From IMG/VR virus record IMGVR_UViG_3300023223_000518, positions 1 through 61,570 of that record: a DNA stretch of 61,570 bases; one strand, written 5' to 3'. The number at the start of each line of letters is the position of its first letter. Position 1 is the first letter of the stretch. The notes under the pieces are model-generated. The model did no database searches. It was not told where the DNA came from and was given only the letters and a program-made list of their open reading frames with translations. This stretch comes from a virus. The position numbers and the translations under genes were made by a program. Shown piece by piece: positions 52,330 through 61,051 of this stretch.

Positions 52330-52577
52330 AATTCTCAATTGACATGGATGATGACTACTCGCTTCCGGATACGTGGGTGCCTCCGCCGGAATTCGTTGTT
52401 GTCCAGCCGGCGAGCGGCCGCGGATCGCCGCGGGTCTACGATCTGATCGAATGCCATTGGTCGCGCCGAACGCCTCGGCGGCTGATCTGTGAAGTCGAGC
52501 CGCTCGGCGTCGTGCCGATCGATGGGCATCCGGCGATCTATTGCGCCCGAAGACCTCGAAAGCGGAAGCGCCGATGA
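52320..52577 (+). CDS. hypothetical protein (85 aa)
   Basis: ORF overlapping its neighbours by a few nt. Confidence 0.45.
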   Translation: MGMKFSIDMDDDYSLPDTWVPPPEFVVVQPASGRGSPRVYDLIECHWSRRTPRRLICEVEPLGVVPIDGHPAIYCARRPRKRKRR

Positions 52578-52822
52578 GTGCATCACGAACCGACGTCCGC
52601 GAATGGTGGCGAGACGAAGACGGCGATCTCTGGGTTCGTTGCCCGGACTGCCATCATGAAGGGATGATCGAACATGAGATTGACCAGAGCGGCCGCATCG
52701 ACCCGGAGTTGACGTGCCCGGTGAACTGCGGCTTCCACGGCTGGGCTCTACTCGTGAGCTATCGGCCGGACAAACGCGACCCATCCGAAGAAGACATTGC
52801 AAAGGCGAGCGGCCAGCGATAG
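52574..52822 (+). CDS. zinc-ribbon small protein (82 aa)
   Basis: ATGA-coupled. Contains CPDCHH...CPVNC. Confidence 0.45.
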   Translation: MSASRTDVREWWRDEDGDLWVRCPDCHHEGMIEHEIDQSGRIDPELTCPVNCGFHGWALLVSYRPDKRDPSEEDIAKASGQR

Positions 52823-52862
52823 AATGCCGCTATCACATTTCATGCCCTTGGGAGATCGACTC

Positions 52863-53060
52863 ATGTTTATACGAATTGAGAACGCGGGAACGCTGCCTTC
52901 GTTTGAAGCAACGCAAGCGGCTGGCAAAATTGCGACGCAGCTTGGGATTCCTGTGATCGTCAGCATACTTCATCGCGATGTCGCCATCCGTCCCGACGAG
53001 TGCCCGCATGAAGTTTATCGGAAAGCGTTTCCCGATTTGCATTCGGAGATCGAGGAATGA
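52863..53060 (+). CDS. hypothetical protein (65 aa)
   Basis: GGGAGATCGAC (52850-52860) lies 2 nt upstream of an internal ATG of track ORF 52797..53060. Confidence 0.5.
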   Translation: MFIRIENAGTLPSFEATQAAGKIATQLGIPVIVSILHRDVAIRPDECPHEVYRKAFPDLHSEIEE

Positions 53061-53239
53061 AAGCAACCGTCAAATGCCCGCGCTGTCGCCGATACGGAAC
53101 CGTCGCCGGCGATCTGTTCTACTGCCCGCAATGTAAAGCCGGATACGACGACGATCCGGACGAGGGCGGAAATTATCATTCTGTCGATCCCTCGCGCCGA
53201 ATGCACAATGAGGAAACGCATCGGAGGCCGCGGCGATGA
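53057..53239 (+). CDS. zinc-ribbon small protein (60 aa)
   Basis: GGAGATCGAG (53045-53054) lies 2 nt upstream of the ATG. Contains CPRC...CPQC. Confidence 0.5.
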   Translation: MKATVKCPRCRRYGTVAGDLFYCPQCKAGYDDDPDEGGNYHSVDPSRRMHNEETHRRPRR

Positions 53240-53451
53240 GTGAGCCGTTCAAAAAAGAATTCGTGCCGCATCAAGTCATCGAAGACAAGCTTCTGGTCGC
53301 TCTCGGTGACGGAAACCGAGTCGGTGCGTTGTTCGATGCGGATGATCTCGACGTGATGATTGAGGCACTTAGAGACACCCCAGCACATGCCCGCAGCGAA
53401 CGCTGGCAATCGTTGCTGGATGGATTCGAAGAACTCCGGAAGGTCTTGTGA
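53236..53451 (+). CDS. hypothetical protein (71 aa)
   Basis: ATGA-coupled ORF. Confidence 0.45.
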   Translation: MSEPFKKEFVPHQVIEDKLLVALGDGNRVGALFDADDLDVMIEALRDTPAHARSERWQSLLDGFEELRKVL

Positions 53452-53455
53452 AACC

Positions 53456-53767
53456 ATGAACGCGACACATCTTGCAGGAAACGCGATCGTCATCGGTGAT
53501 CGCATCATCCAGAGATGCTTCATCTGTGGATTAAAGCTGGCCGACAATCGAGGCGCAATGGCTCCGGTCGGAGAGGACGGGAAAGCGCCAGTATTTCCGA
53601 CGTGGCCAACCGGTGCCTGGGTTGAAGTTACGGAAGGCAACCCAACGGCTTATATCGTTGTCGGGGAATCGGAATCGCCAACGATGGACACGACCGACGT
53701 TCCGCCGAATTGCTGTCTTGAGAGGATCGACAAAGCCCTAATCAACCCACCAGACGATGACGAATGA
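53456..53767 (+). CDS. hypothetical protein (103 aa)
   Basis: Internal ATG of track ORF 53360..53767. Confidence 0.45.
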   Translation: MNATHLAGNAIVIGDRIIQRCFICGLKLADNRGAMAPVGEDGKAPVFPTWPTGAWVEVTEGNPTAYIVVGESESPTMDTTDVPPNCCLERIDKALINPPDDDE

Positions 53768-54312
53768 GAACACTCCCGACCATCCGCGACATGCTCCGCG
53801 CGAATCGATCGCTACCCGATGACTTGAAGCAATCGTGTGTACTGCTCGCGTTCGTCATACCAATCGAGCATTATCACGCGTCGGAATTCCTCAACATCCG
53901 CTTGACCCGCATGATGCTCGCCGGCGGAGAATGCGATTACTACATGTCGCATCGCGCGCAACCGGATCGTATTGGCGATCAGCAATGCGTATGGTGCTTT
54001 GAAAAGATGGAGCGGACAGGAGCGGAGCGATTCACTTGCCGCACTGCGGGATGCATGATGATCGACAAGACCGGAGCCGCTTTCGCTCCGGCATACGCTG
54101 TCGATCAGTGGCACGGCCCGACCCGCGGCGTCGTGCAAACGTTCGTCGATCCAAGATTCATCACGCACACCGTAATCAGAGACGGCCGGCCGCTCGACTT
54201 CACTGATCGAATACTGTTGATGCTCGATCGGAGATACCGCGAAGAAATCCTGTGTGCGATCTACCGCACGGCCGGTCAAATCTGTGATGAGAAAGGGTGG
54301 ATGATTCGATGA
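53764..54312 (+). CDS. hypothetical Cys-containing protein (182 aa)
   Basis: ATGA-coupled. Contains CVWC...CRTAGC. Confidence 0.5.
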   Translation: MRTLPTIRDMLRANRSLPDDLKQSCVLLAFVIPIEHYHASEFLNIRLTRMMLAGGECDYYMSHRAQPDRIGDQQCVWCFEKMERTGAERFTCRTAGCMMIDKTGAAFAPAYAVDQWHGPTRGVVQTFVDPRFITHTVIRDGRPLDFTDRILLMLDRRYREEILCAIYRTAGQICDEKGWMIR

Positions 54313-54776
54313 ATGAGCGAGACCGAGAGCGAGTCGAGCGAATCGCACGGCAAGAGGCGATGAAGGCTTACGAAGCCGGCAAAAGTGATCGCGAATACAA
54401 TCTCAGCTTGATCCTTGACGCCGTCGACGATCCGCTTATGTGGGTCGTCGTTTGGAGCGGCGAATTTGACGATCACCCATTCATGATCACGTGCTTGATG
54501 GCCCGCGCTCCACATGCGAAATTGGAAGCGCGCGGAGGCCCAACTAACCTCGGTATCCTGTTGGTCCGGAAATCTGATTTCGGGCCGCTCGATATGGCGT
54601 TGCTATTCCGCTCGTTTGACTTCTGGCCCATCCATGATCTGAAGCGGATGGCCGATGTTCTGACTGATCGCGCCTTCATCCCGCTGTGCCGATCCACTTC
54701 CGTTCCACGTTCCCTTGAGGCTGAAACGTCATTCGCCTCGTTTCTCAAATCCATTCGATCGGAGTTAAATGCATGA
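54309..54776 (+). CDS. hypothetical protein (155 aa)
   Basis: ATGA-coupled ATG at 54309. Confidence 0.5.
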   Translation: MNERDRERVERIARQEAMKAYEAGKSDREYNLSLILDAVDDPLMWVVVWSGEFDDHPFMITCLMARAPHAKLEARGGPTNLGILLVRKSDFGPLDMALLFRSFDFWPIHDLKRMADVLTDRAFIPLCRSTSVPRSLEAETSFASFLKSIRSELNA

Positions 54777-55588
54777 CCTACTTCCGCGGCCGCAAGAACG
54801 GCAGGAGTTGGCGAATCGACGTCGCCGACGTATTGACGTGGAAACCCGCGAACTCGAAAACACCGCGGCTGATCTTCGGAGACCCGCCGTTCAACATCGG
54901 CCAGCAATACGACGAGCATGATGACAAGATGTCAGAAGGTGACTATCAGCGCTTCACGAATGGATGGGTCGCTCGGGTGCGATCTCTCGCCGGTGTTGAT
55001 GGATGCATCATCGCGTTGCATGTGCCGTGGCAGTTGACCGGCTTCGTGAAGCGGATCGCCGGGCAAGGGCTGGAACAGATCGCGGAATTGATCATTCATT
55101 ACCGCTTTGGTCAATGCGGCCGCTCGAATTGGATTGGCGGGCATTCGCATTGCCTGATCTTCAAGTCACCCGGCGAGCATAGATGGAACCCCGACGCCGT
55201 GCTTGTGCCCTCTGACCGCGCGACGACGTATGCGGACAAACGCATTGACGATACCGAGCGGGGCGGCGAGCGGCTTCCCTGTGACGTGTGGGGCATTCCC
55301 AGCGACGGGCCGTACTGGGGTCGGGTTCAGGGCAACGATGGCGAGCGATGGTGCATCAAGACGGGCGGTCTCGTCGATCATCCGAATCAGTTACGGGAAT
55401 TGTATCTAGCCCGGTTGATCAGAGCGTACACTGACCCCGGCGATCTCGTACTTGATCCCTTCGTGGGATCGGGAACCACTGGCGTTGTGGCGATCGCTCT
55501 GGGGCGAACCTTCCGCGGCTGTGAGATCGGCGAGCGGACGGCCGCAAGCGCAGCAAAGCGGATTAAGAAAGGAGCGGTGAGATTATGA
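54773..55588 (+). CDS. beta-class N6A/N4C DNA methyltransferase
   Basis: FGDPPFN is motif IV, and it precedes VLDPFVGSGTTG (motif I). Confidence 0.8.
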   Translation: MTYFRGRKNGRSWRIDVADVLTWKPANSKTPRLIFGDPPFNIGQQYDEHDDKMSEGDYQRFTNGWVARVRSLAGVDGCIIALHVPWQLTGFVKRIAGQGLEQIAELIIHYRFGQCGRSNWIGGHSHCLIFKSPGEHRWNPDAVLVPSDRATTYADKRIDDTERGGERLPCDVWGIPSDGPYWGRVQGNDGERWCIKTGGLVDHPNQLRELYLARLIRAYTDPGDLVLDPFVGSGTTGVVAIALGRTFRGCEIGERTAASAAKRIKKGAVRL

Positions 55589-55764
55589 GCAGATCACGGC
55601 AAGCGACTGAGAACGAAATGGCATGGGCGAATGACGATCAAGACGATACCGACTTTGACAACAGAACGGGGATGAGCGTCAAACAAGCGCGGACATTGCA
55701 GGCGCGCTACGACGAACTCAAGAAGCGATACGACGAACTCAAAGCGAACGAAGATCGAATATGA
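55585..55764 (+). CDS. hypothetical acidic/coiled-coil protein (59 aa)
   Basis: Below the track cutoff. ATGA-coupled at both ends. Confidence 0.4.
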   Translation: MSRSRQATENEMAWANDDQDDTDFDNRTGMSVKQARTLQARYDELKKRYDELKANEDRI

Positions 55765-55994
55765 AATCATTCGAACATCCGGGCATCACTGTTTCAACGG
55801 CTTCGATTCGGCGCCTGACGGAAGGCATCACGCGCGCTCAAAAAGCTGTGCAAAGGTTTGCCGATCAATTCAAGCGAGCCACGATCCATGCTGTCGACGT
55901 GGACCGCTTCAGTATGGAGTTGAGATTGTCCTACGAAACCGATCGGCGCATCCGCCGGCGGATCAAACGCAAACTTAAGGAGATCGATCGATGA
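55761..55994 (+). CDS. hypothetical protein (77 aa)
   Basis: ATGA-coupled ORF. Confidence 0.45.
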   Translation: MKSFEHPGITVSTASIRRLTEGITRAQKAVQRFADQFKRATIHAVDVDRFSMELRLSYETDRRIRRRIKRKLKEIDR

Positions 55995-56461
55995 TGCATA
56001 ACAACGAGCTTGTGTGCGGCGTGATCTGGGCCGTGATCTTCGCGGCGCTATCGCTTCCGTGGACTTGCGCGATTATCGGCCGAACTGTCGGCAAGTTCTT
56101 CTCGTCGTCCGCATCTTTCATTCGATCCCTCGAAATCACGGTTGAAGACGTCTACGGGCTGCAAGAGCCGGATCGATTGCAGGAGTCAATCAAGCCGATG
56201 TCCCCACCGCCACCGCCGAGAACATACAATACGGCGGGCGACTTCATCGGGCCGCGAAGCCGCGACGACGGCCGCAAGATGCGTCGGCTGAAGTCCGGAG
56301 CGGTGATTTCAGAACCGATCGAAGAACGCAAATGGGTCGAATCGCGAACCCTTTCGGAAGCGCTCGACGTCGCAAAGTTCTCAGTTGCGGAATTCAAGAA
56401 CGCAATCAGCAAAGCAAATGGAGATCGACAATGTGGAATGTTGACAGAAAAGAATCGATGA
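55991..56461 (+). CDS. membrane protein (156 aa)
   Basis: GGAGATCGAT (55979-55988) lies 2 nt upstream of the ATG. N-terminal TM helix. Confidence 0.5.
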   Translation: MMHNNELVCGVIWAVIFAALSLPWTCAIIGRTVGKFFSSSASFIRSLEITVEDVYGLQEPDRLQESIKPMSPPPPPRTYNTAGDFIGPRSRDDGRKMRRLKSGAVISEPIEERKWVESRTLSEALDVAKFSVAEFKNAISKANGDRQCGMLTEKNR

Positions 56462-56751
56462 GCCCCGATGGTTTTCTCCGCTTGCACATCCAAGAAGATG
56501 GAGACGTTCGCCTAACTGTCGGGCAAGGCGCAGTGAATTCAGGATGTACTCGTCTCGCAAGTGTGGAATTCTGTACGCCGATGACAGGCGAAGGCGGATC
56601 AAGCCGAACATGGGCCGCGTTGCGTTTGCTGGCGATCGCGATGGCGAAAGACAACGCGGACCGCGAGCAAGACGGCCGGCGGCGCGAATTCCCCGGCGCT
56701 GAGATTCTTGATGACTCCCCGGCGTTCTTCCTTGCGGAGATCGGGAGATGA
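56431..56751 (+). CDS. hypothetical protein (106 aa)
   Basis: GGAGATCGAC (56420-56429) lies 1 nt upstream of an internal ATG of track ORF 56332..56751. Confidence 0.5.
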   Translation: MWNVDRKESMSPDGFLRLHIQEDGDVRLTVGQGAVNSGCTRLASVEFCTPMTGEGGSSRTWAALRLLAIAMAKDNADREQDGRRREFPGAEILDDSPAFFLAEIGR

Positions 56752-57056
56752 AAGAACTCGCCTTGTTTCTCGCTTCGGTGTTCTCAGAGATCGGCGGAGA
56801 CATCGGCGAACGATGGCACAAAGAGATCGCCGTTCCGCTCATTCGTGGCGTTCCGCCCGATCTGTCGTCGGCGGAACGGACGATGAAGGTATGGGCCGAC
56901 TGGAATTATCACAGCGAACTCGACCGCGAATACGACTTCGATGATGATGACGACTTGCCGGATGCCGATAACTTCGAAGACATGGAGCCGGAAGAACTCG
57001 ACTCCGGCGAGATTCTCCAATTCACAACGGTAATATCGACGGACGATGCCCCATGA
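56748..57056 (+). CDS. hypothetical acidic protein (102 aa)
   Basis: GGAGATCGGG (56736-56745) lies 2 nt upstream of the ATG. Confidence 0.5.
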   Translation: MKELALFLASVFSEIGGDIGERWHKEIAVPLIRGVPPDLSSAERTMKVWADWNYHSELDREYDFDDDDDLPDADNFEDMEPEELDSGEILQFTTVISTDDAP

Positions 57057-57334
57057 CCATCACGCATATCGAAGCCGGAAACCAGATCATCCGATGCGAT
57101 CAGATCGCGCTTGTTGCTTTCGGATCGGAATCACCGGCCGGCACTCGCGGCGTCGATCCGATCTTCACGGTTCGCGTGTGGATGTTCGGCGATACCGACG
57201 AGTTCTCTTTGACACTCAGCGATGCGGAAGATGGTCAAGCATCAGACTTCTTGGGGCTGTATCGGCGGTTCGCCGGCCTCGATCGCTCATCTGGAACCGA
57301 TCGCAAGGTTCAAATGCCGAATCCCACAGGCTGA
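57053..57334 (+). CDS. hypothetical protein (93 aa)
   Basis: ATGA-coupled ORF. Confidence 0.45.
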   Translation: MTITHIEAGNQIIRCDQIALVAFGSESPAGTRGVDPIFTVRVWMFGDTDEFSLTLSDAEDGQASDFLGLYRRFAGLDRSSGTDRKVQMPNPTG

Positions 57335-57383
57335 TTGGTCTTGAATCCTTCCACTTGGCAAACCAGAATCGGAGTCCGTACCA

Positions 57384-57635
57384 ATGGCGAAAGAGAAGAA
57401 ACTGAAACAGCGACTTGAAGACGCGGAAGCTGATCATGCGGAACAGTGCCTCCAATACGAAACGAAGCTTGAACAACGAGAACGCAGAATCGAACTTCTC
57501 GAATTAGAAATCGTTCATCTTGAGGTGATCACCTCACGCTACAAGAGCGCGGCAGTCGCGGCCGACTATGGATCGCAGGCGGAGGGCGTGGCGTTGCGAC
57601 GGACTTTGGAAGACCATACAGACGGCAAATCATGA
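57384..57635 (+). CDS. coiled-coil protein (83 aa)
   Basis: ATGA-coupled to the portal gene. Confidence 0.45.
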   Translation: MAKEKKLKQRLEDAEADHAEQCLQYETKLEQRERRIELLELEIVHLEVITSRYKSAAVAADYGSQAEGVALRRTLEDHTDGKS

Positions 57636-59089
57636 CGACCGATTATCTATCGCGCCCGCTTCGGACTGGACGGCAATCGGCCAGCCCGCAGAACTTGTTC
57701 AATCCAGCGATCTCATTCGGATCGCTGGCCGGCCGCGGATCGCGGAGGGCGCGCGAGCAAGTCAACCATTACACGTTGTGGAACTTCGTCACGACGAGGA
57801 TTCGGCAAAATAAGTTTGCTTCAATATTCCCATTCTTCGGCCGGACAGCCGCATCGGCAACATCAAAGCGCATCGGCAGACAGCACATCCATCACCTGTT
57901 CGGTCATGGATTGGTGCAAGACCTGCATGAAGAGGTTGAGCCGGTAACCGATCACCCGGCGATCGAATTGTTGAAGCGGGTCAACGACAAAGACTCATTC
58001 TTTTCATTCGCTTCCGAAACGATGCTGTTCTGGCGATTGACAGGCCGCTTTTATTGGTGGCTCATCCCCGGCACGAGCGGATTTCCAGCGGAGATTCATG
58101 TCGTGCCGACGCAATGGGTTGAGCGCGAATGGGAGAAATCCGGCCGGCTCCGGCGGTACAAAGTGACGAGTGAAGATTCCGGGCGGGTCGAGTTCATTCC
58201 GGTCGAAGACATGATCACCCATCACGATCCATCGCCGCTGTCAAAGGTAGGCGAGGCATCCCCGATTCAAGCCGGCTCCCGTTGGATCGATAATGCTGAG
58301 AGTATCGAAGACTCGAGATTTTGGGCTTTTCAGAACGGAGCGAATCCGGACGTGATGTTGACAATGGATTCGGAAATGTTTTCAGCAATGCCGGGCGGTG
58401 ACACGATCGACGAGATTCAAGAACGTTGGATGCGGCGGATGTCCGGCACGCGGAATTCACACAAGCCTGCTGTCGTCCCGCCCGGCATCGGCCTTGAGAA
58501 GATCAGTAATACGCCCAAAGAGATGGACTACCCGGGGTCCGCCGAACAGATCAGGGACAACAATCTCGCGTTACAACAAACACCGCCGGTGATCGCTGGG
58601 ATGTCGGCTGAGTACAATCGAGCAACGGCGGAAGCGGCGAACGTGGTGTATTGTCAATTCACGATGGACCCGGACTTCATGGCGTTCGCATCGTTCTTGA
58701 ATGAATTCTTCATCCCGCGCTTTCCGGATGCGGAGAATTTGTTAGCGTGGTATCTGCCGTGCGCTCCGGTAGATGCCGAATTCAATTTGCGGCGCGATCA
58801 ACAGGACTTTATGACCGGAGCGAAGTCGCCTGATGAAATTGCAACAGAGCAGGGCCGCGAGCCGATGGGCGTTCCTGAATCCGAGAGCCGCTATATTCCG
58901 GGATCGATGATGCCGCTTGATGCCGAACTGATGCCCGAAGAACCGACAGCCGCGGAGATCGCCGCGGAGATGGGAGACGACGATGCGGAAGCCGAAACTG
59001 ACGACGAACTCGATCAGCGCATTGCAAACGAACTCGCTGCGACAATCGCCAGCCGGCGTACCCTCGTCGGCACCAACGGCGATCGTTAA
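57632..59089 (+). CDS. portal protein
   Basis: 485 aa. Portal-like core (FWRLTGRFYWWLIP, AFQNGANPDVML) and an acidic C-terminus. Followed by a MuF-like gene. Confidence 0.75.
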   Translation: MTTDYLSRPLRTGRQSASPQNLFNPAISFGSLAGRGSRRAREQVNHYTLWNFVTTRIRQNKFASIFPFFGRTAASATSKRIGRQHIHHLFGHGLVQDLHEEVEPVTDHPAIELLKRVNDKDSFFSFASETMLFWRLTGRFYWWLIPGTSGFPAEIHVVPTQWVEREWEKSGRLRRYKVTSEDSGRVEFIPVEDMITHHDPSPLSKVGEASPIQAGSRWIDNAESIEDSRFWAFQNGANPDVMLTMDSEMFSAMPGGDTIDEIQERWMRRMSGTRNSHKPAVVPPGIGLEKISNTPKEMDYPGSAEQIRDNNLALQQTPPVIAGMSAEYNRATAEAANVVYCQFTMDPDFMAFASFLNEFFIPRFPDAENLLAWYLPCAPVDAEFNLRRDQQDFMTGAKSPDEIATEQGREPMGVPESESRYIPGSMMPLDAELMPEEPTAAEIAAEMGDDDAEAETDDELDQRIANELAATIASRRTLVGTNGDR

Positions 59090-59181
59090 AGTCTGCGCGT
59101 GTTGCGGCCGTCAAAAGCTGTCCACGTTTTGCATTTATTGCAAGATGGCGACTCAAGACCTCTACGCCTGAAAGGGACGTC

Positions 59182-59502
59182 ATGACCACACAAGCACTCA
59201 TCGCGTTTCTTTCCGAGAAGCCGCATGCGATTCCAGAGAACTCGCAAGCGCGCGCTTTTCAAATGCGGTACGATCCGGTGAAGGGCGGATTCAATATTAT
59301 GGTGTCCGGCGAACACGGCGTGCGCAATCGAACGATGCTGTGTGGGCCATACACCGTGGCCGACGGTCAATCGATGGTGGATCATCTCGACCAACTGATC
59401 AACGAAGCCGTTGAGGACGCGAAAGTCGAAGCGAAGCCGCGGCACATCCGTATGCTCGCGGAGACCGGACGGTTTGGAGTGAGCGGATCAAGGCTCGGCT
59501 GA
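59182..59502 (+). CDS. hypothetical protein (106 aa)
   Basis: ORF between the portal and MuF-like genes. Confidence 0.5.
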   Translation: MTTQALIAFLSEKPHAIPENSQARAFQMRYDPVKGGFNIMVSGEHGVRNRTMLCGPYTVADGQSMVDHLDQLINEAVEDAKVEAKPRHIRMLAETGRFGVSGSRLG

Positions 59503-59666
59503 TGATCCTTTTTCTTACGATTCTGGTCGTGTCTCTTATTGTGGTCATGGCCGGATGGTTCGAACGCAAGTGGAGCGGCGACGGTAGCACCGGAGCTGCA
59601 AGCATTGCGGCAAACATCGTCGCTCTCCTCGCCATCATCGCCAGCGTCGTATGCATCGTATTATGA
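59502..59666 (+). CDS. small two-TM membrane protein (54 aa)
   Basis: Below the track cutoff. TGATG- and ATGA-coupled. Product MILFLTILVVSLIVVMAGW...IVALLAIIASVVCIVL. Confidence 0.4.
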   Translation: MILFLTILVVSLIVVMAGWFERKWSGDGSTGAASIAANIVALLAIIASVVCIVL

Positions 59667-60565
59667 TCATCATTCGGCAAGCCAAGCGTTTTCAGCAAAC
59701 GGCACGACGCCGTAGGTTGAGCATTCAGATCGGCCGCATCCGCGATCGATTGGAAGAAAAGACGCGCCGCGATGTGCTGCGAGTCTTCCGCGCTGAATTC
59801 AACGTCATCATGGCCCGCTGGAACGCCGGCAAGCGTGATCCGAAAGAACTGATTGTCGCTCCGGAGTTCATGCGGCGATTTAATCGGATCATGGTCCCGT
59901 CCACGATATCGACGATCTTCGCTGGCGTGGAATTTGAAGAAACACTCATAGGGATCACGGGTGATTCCGATCAATCCATCATACGGAGCGGCTTGGATGT
60001 CTCAGCGAAAGCGGTCCAAGCTGAAGGGGCGATACCGGACGCGGCAGAGATTGAACCGCCGCCCTCGATCCGAGTCGATCCTTCAGCGGAAATGCAGAGA
60101 TCGATACAGGCGCAACTCCGCGAACGTTCGGTCGGGGTCTGGAATCGCATTCCCGAATCGATGCAAACTCGACTGGGCAATTCAATCAAGCGCGGAATCA
60201 CCGAGGGTGATAGCCTTGATGATTTGGCGGCACGCATTCGTAAGACGCTCAAGGCCGACGCACGCGGTCGCTCTCGGGTTATTGCGAGGACAGAGACGAC
60301 CAACGCAATGAACTTCGGCCAACAGGTCGAGCGCGACGAACTGGAGATCGACGAAAAGGAATGGGTCTCTCGGATCGACAATCGCACTCGCGGCGCAAAG
60401 CGCGGCGCCCGATTCGATCATCTTCGCCCCGATGGGCAAGTGGTCAACAACGATGCTCCATTCATTGTAAGCGGCGAGCGGCTCCGCTGGCCCGGCGATC
60501 AGAGCGGGTCGGCAGGTAACGTCATTCAGTGCCGATGCTCCGGCATCGCTCACTTTGGGGATTGA
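59663..60565 (+). CDS. minor head protein, Mu F / SPP1 gp7-like
   Basis: Contains ARTETTNAMNFGQ...WVSRIDNRTR...LRWPGDQSGSAGNVIQCRCS. An alternative ATG lies at 59651. Confidence 0.75.
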   Translation: MIIIRQAKRFQQTARRRRLSIQIGRIRDRLEEKTRRDVLRVFRAEFNVIMARWNAGKRDPKELIVAPEFMRRFNRIMVPSTISTIFAGVEFEETLIGITGDSDQSIIRSGLDVSAKAVQAEGAIPDAAEIEPPPSIRVDPSAEMQRSIQAQLRERSVGVWNRIPESMQTRLGNSIKRGITEGDSLDDLAARIRKTLKADARGRSRVIARTETTNAMNFGQQVERDELEIDEKEWVSRIDNRTRGAKRGARFDHLRPDGQVVNNDAPFIVSGERLRWPGDQSGSAGNVIQCRCSGIAHFGD

Positions 60566-60628
60566 CACGAGCGGCGGCGAGAAGTAGGTTTTTGCCAACC
60601 CGCTGATCGATTCCGGAGATTCCGCCCG

Positions 60629-61048
60629 ATGGCCGCGTATCAAAAATTCGAGCAATTCGTCTTAGACCTTGCCGAGAAGGTGCACGATACCGGCGTGGAC
60701 CTGATCAAGATCGCTCTGACGAATACGACTCCGCTCGTCACGAACACGGTCTTCGCGAACATCACGGAGATCGGAGCGGGCAACGGGTACACTGCCGGCG
60801 GAGATGATACGACGAACACGCACGCGGAGGTGACGGGTACGCTGACCGTCTCTGTGGTGGACGTGGTGTGGACTGCATCAGGCGGTACGATCGGACCGTT
60901 CCAATACGTTGTGGCGTACAACGACACCCCGGCATCTCCGCTCGATCCGTTGATCGCGTTTTGGGATCATGGCTCCGCTGTCACGCTCGCGGATGCCGAA
61001 ACATTCACCGTTGACTTTGCATCAGATCAACTCTTCACGCTGAGCTAA
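60629..61048 (+). CDS. hypothetical virion protein (139 aa)
   Basis: Beta-rich ORF after the MuF-like gene. Confidence 0.5.
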   Translation: MAAYQKFEQFVLDLAEKVHDTGVDLIKIALTNTTPLVTNTVFANITEIGAGNGYTAGGDDTTNTHAEVTGTLTVSVVDVVWTASGGTIGPFQYVVAYNDTPASPLDPLIAFWDHGSAVTLADAETFTVDFASDQLFTLS

Positions 61049-61051
61049 ACG

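Noticed and set aside
58983-59171. 62-aa ORF overlapping the portal 3' end, ending in a CACC...CIYC zinc-knuckle-like peptide.
   Set aside because: Its only start codons lie >100 nt inside the portal gene in another frame, and there is no SD or motif. Cannot be supported.
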